38,691 nucleotides of DNA from Candidatus Aminicenantia bacterium (GTDB taxonomy: Bacteria; Acidobacteriota; Aminicenantia; Aminicenantales; UBA4085): contig JBGOYP010000001.1 of the NCBI GenBank assembly GCA_041479785.1, positions 1 through 38,691 of the forward strand. Direction: 5' to 3'. Position numbers and translations under genes: made by a program. Below are positions 36,377-38,691 of this stretch, one piece after another (position 1 is the first letter of the stretch; every line of letters starts with the position of its first letter). The notes beneath the pieces were generated by a model. It saw only the letters and a program-made list of their open reading frames with translations, did no database searches and was not told where the DNA came from.

Positions 36377-37480
36377 ATGAAAGAAGACCAGAGCGACCAG
36401 ACGCAGACGTCGCGCAGCAAGGCGATCGAAGCCGCCCTGTCCCAGATCGAAAAACAGTTTGGCAAGGGGGCGGTGATGAAGCTGGGACAGAAAGACGCGG
36501 CGGCGAAGGTGCCGGCCATCCCGACCGGGTCGATTTCGTTCGACCTGGCGCTCGGCATCGGCGGGTTTCCCCGCGGACGCGTCGTCGAAATGTTCGGCCC
36601 CGAAGCGACGGGCAAAACGACCCTGGCCCTCCACGTCATCGCCGAGTCCCAACACCGGGGCGGCCAGGCGGCTTTCATCGACGCCGAGCACGCTCTTGAC
36701 CCGCCGTACGCGGCGAGGATCGGGGTGGACGTGGACAACCTCCTCATTTCCCAGCCGGATTACGGCGAGCAGGGGCTCGAAATCGCCGAGGTCCTTGTCC
36801 GCAGCGGCGCCGTGGACGTGATCGTCGTGGATTCGGTCGCGGCGCTCGTCCCCAAAGCCGAGCTCGAAGGGGAAATGGGCGACGCCCATATGGGCCTCCA
36901 GGCGCGGCTGATGTCGCAGGCCCTCCGGAAGCTGACGGCCATCGTCGCCCGGTCGAAGACCTGTTTCATCTTCCTCAACCAGATCCGGGAGAAGATCGGG
37001 TTTTTTCTGGGCAACCCGGAGACGACGACGGGCGGCCGGGCCCTCAAGTTCTATGCCTCCATGCGCATTGATATCCGGCGCCTGGCGGCGATCAAAGACG
37101 GCGACAGCATCGTCGGCAATCGGGTCAAAGTCAAAATCGTGAAGAACAAACTCGCGCCTCCCTTCAAGGAAGCCGAGTTCGATATCATTTACGGCGAGGG
37201 CATTTCCCGCGAGGGCGACTTGGCGGACATGGGCGTGAATGTCGGCGTCATCGACAAGGCGGGAACCTGGTATTCCTATAAAGGCGAGAGGATCGGCCAG
37301 GGCCGCGATAACGTCAAAAAACTTCTCAAGGAAAACGCCAAGCTCGCCGCGGAGATCGATGCCGAGGTCCGGAAGAAAGTCGGACTCAGCCAGGAGCCCC
37401 GGCCCGCCGAAGCTCCGGAGGACAAACCGGAAAAACCGGAGAAAGCGCCCGACAAGCCGTCCGAACGGCGCGGGCGCTAG
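36377..37480 (+). CDS. recA: Recombinase RecA
   Basis: The start is taken at ATG 36377, after [28 protein letters not shown], Walker [22 protein letters not shown] and [10 protein letters not shown]-type loop L2 ([10 protein letters not shown]). Confidence 0.95.
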   Translation: MKEDQSDQTQTSRSKAIEAALSQIEKQFGKGAVMKLGQKDAAAKVPAIPTGSISFDLALGIGGFPRGRVVEMFGPEATGKTTLALHVIAESQHRGGQAAFIDAEHALDPPYAARIGVDVDNLLISQPDYGEQGLEIAEVLVRSGAVDVIVVDSVAALVPKAELEGEMGDAHMGLQARLMSQALRKLTAIVARSKTCFIFLNQIREKIGFFLGNPETTTGGRALKFYASMRIDIRRLAAIKDGDSIVGNRVKVKIVKNKLAPPFKEAEFDIIYGEGISREGDLADMGVNVGVIDKAGTWYSYKGERIGQGRDNVKKLLKENAKLAAEIDAEVRKKVGLSQEPRPAEAPEDKPEKPEKAPDKPSERRGR

Positions 37481-37539
37481 ATCGTGCGGCCCCGGCCGGA
37501 CGCGTCGAGTCCGGCAGGCGCCGCTGAATCGAGTCAGAC

Positions 37540-38604
37540 ATGGCCAACATGGAGGGAAAACGGTCCGGCAAGACGGGCCGGGAATCCGGTTCGCTCGTCC
37601 ACGTCGGGGAGCGAAAGGTCGAATCGGCCCGGATCACGATCATCGATTACGACGCTGAGAAGTTCCTCGAGAAAGAGGCCGGGACCCCGGAGGAATGCTT
37701 CGAATTCAGGGACACGGCGACGGTAACGTGGATCAACATCGACGGCGTCCACGACGCCGAGGTGATTGACAAGCTCGGCGGCCGCTTCGGCCTCCACCCG
37801 CTCATCCTCGAAGATATCATGAACACCGACCAGCGGCCGAAGTTTGAGGACTTGGGCGACGCGCTCTACGTTGTCCTCCGGATGATCGACTTCGACGGAA
37901 AAGGCCCAAAAATCGAATCCGAGCAGCTGAGCTTGGTCGTCGGGCCGAACTTCGTCCTTTCGTTCCAGGAGAGGCCCGGCGACATGTTCGATCCCGTCCG
38001 GGAGCGGATCCGGAAAGGCAAGGGGCGCATTCGCAAGCTGGGCCCGGATTATTTGGCCTACGCCCTCATGGATAGCGTCGTGGACCAATACTTCGTCGTC
38101 CTGGAAAAACTCGGCGAGCGGATCGAGACGCTCGAAGAAGAGCTGATTGCGGACCCGCGGACTTCCACGCTCCACGAGATCCACGGCCTGAAGCGCGAGA
38201 CGCTTTTTCTCCGGAAGTCGATCTGGCCGGTGCGCGAGGTTATCGCCGGGCTCGAGCGCGCCGAATCGGCGCTCATCAAGGAATCGACGGGCATCTTTCT
38301 CCGCGACGTCTATGACCACACGATCCAGGTCGTCGACAACGTCGAAACTTTCCGCGATATGCTCTCGAATATGCTCGAGACCTACCTCTCCAGCCTCAGC
38401 AACCGGATGAACCAGGTCATGAAGGTTCTGACGATCATCGCCACGATCTTCATCCCGCTGACGTTCATCGCCGGCGTCTACGGCATGAACTTCAAGAACA
38501 TGCCCGAGCTCGAATGGCGATGGGGGTATGCCTTTATCTGGATCGTGATGATCGCCGCCGGCGCGGCGATGGTCGTCTATTTCAAACGGAAAAAGTGGTT
38601 CTGA
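37540..38604 (+). CDS. corA: Magnesium/cobalt transporter CorA
   Basis: 354 aa. A cytoplasmic domain is followed by two C-terminal TM helices with the signature YGMNF (AGVYGMNFKNMPE). Confidence 0.9.
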   Translation: MANMEGKRSGKTGRESGSLVHVGERKVESARITIIDYDAEKFLEKEAGTPEECFEFRDTATVTWINIDGVHDAEVIDKLGGRFGLHPLILEDIMNTDQRPKFEDLGDALYVVLRMIDFDGKGPKIESEQLSLVVGPNFVLSFQERPGDMFDPVRERIRKGKGRIRKLGPDYLAYALMDSVVDQYFVVLEKLGERIETLEEELIADPRTSTLHEIHGLKRETLFLRKSIWPVREVIAGLERAESALIKESTGIFLRDVYDHTIQVVDNVETFRDMLSNMLETYLSSLSNRMNQVMKVLTIIATIFIPLTFIAGVYGMNFKNMPELEWRWGYAFIWIVMIAAGAAMVVYFKRKKWF

Positions 38605-38649
38605 GGATAGCTCGGTCGAACGCCGTTTGGAGGAAGAGGAGGCCGCATC

Positions 38650-38691
38650 ATGAAAGCTAGAACGATCATCGTCCTGGTTCTGGTCGCGTTG
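38650..38691 (+). CDS. Start of an unidentified secreted/membrane protein (14 codons only)
   Basis: GGAGGAAGAGGAGG precedes ATG 38650. MKARTIIVLVLVAL looks like a signal or TM segment. It is truncated by the window end. Confidence 0.3.
   Translation, partial: MKARTIIVLVLVAL

Noticed and set aside
37496-37514. Hairpin CCGGAC gcgtcga GTCCGG after recA as an intrinsic terminator
   Set aside because: It is only a 6-bp stem with no U-tract, and corA starts 26 nt later. This is too weak to call.
36305-38319. ORFs 36305..36889(-) and 37534..38319(-)
   Set aside because: They are antisense to recA and corA. No motifs, and the composition is that of shadow ORFs.
1-38691. Defence systems, prophage or IS elements, CRISPR arrays, toxin-antitoxin pairs
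   Set aside because: I recognised no nuclease/helicase/methylase combinations, integrase or transposase motifs, repeat-spacer arrays or small paired ORFs. RadC alone is common in chromosomes and is not evidence of a mobile element.

Overview
This is 38.7 kb of chromosomal DNA from a diderm, Kdo/LPS-making bacterium. Most genes sit at roughly 57-70% GC by hand spot counts. I recognise about 40 protein-coding genes and one perfect parS site. I found no rRNA, tRNA, CRISPR array, transposase or integrase. Gene order: (1) a czcCBA-like heavy-metal RND efflux operon on the minus strand, with the pump truncated by the window edge and a Cys/His-rich ORF at its head. (2) An SGNH hydrolase, then an Sm/Hfq-like gene translationally coupled to pdxA. 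(3) carD, a CNNM/CorC-type gene and smpB on the minus strand. (4) A 15.5-kb array of 17 co-directional, mostly start/stop-overlapping genes: rpmH-rnpA-yidD-yidC-jag-mnmE-mnmG-[parS]-parA-parB-bactofilin-kdsB-pyrG-kdsA-kdsD-kdsC-manB-manC. (5) An orphan 84-aa ORF next to a ~20% GC island. (6) A secreted tricorn-type protease and a transglutaminase-like protein. (7) A ThyA-like (archaeal-type) gene plus yhhN on the minus strand, divergent from a non-canonical URO-D family gene. (8) radC, fhs, recA, corA. The window is mostly housekeeping, and I see no defence island or mobile element. The items most worth a second look are the 20%-GC island with DnaA-box-like direct repeats and a flanking 9-bp direct repeat (oriC candidate versus decayed insertion), the ThyA-like/URO-D-like/fhs neighbourhood, the ~9.7-kb lower-GC block covering carD through kdsB, the Cys/His-rich ORF heading the metal-efflux operon, and the N-terminally extended Sm/Hfq-like protein. 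All functional calls rest on motif recognition by eye. No database search was run.
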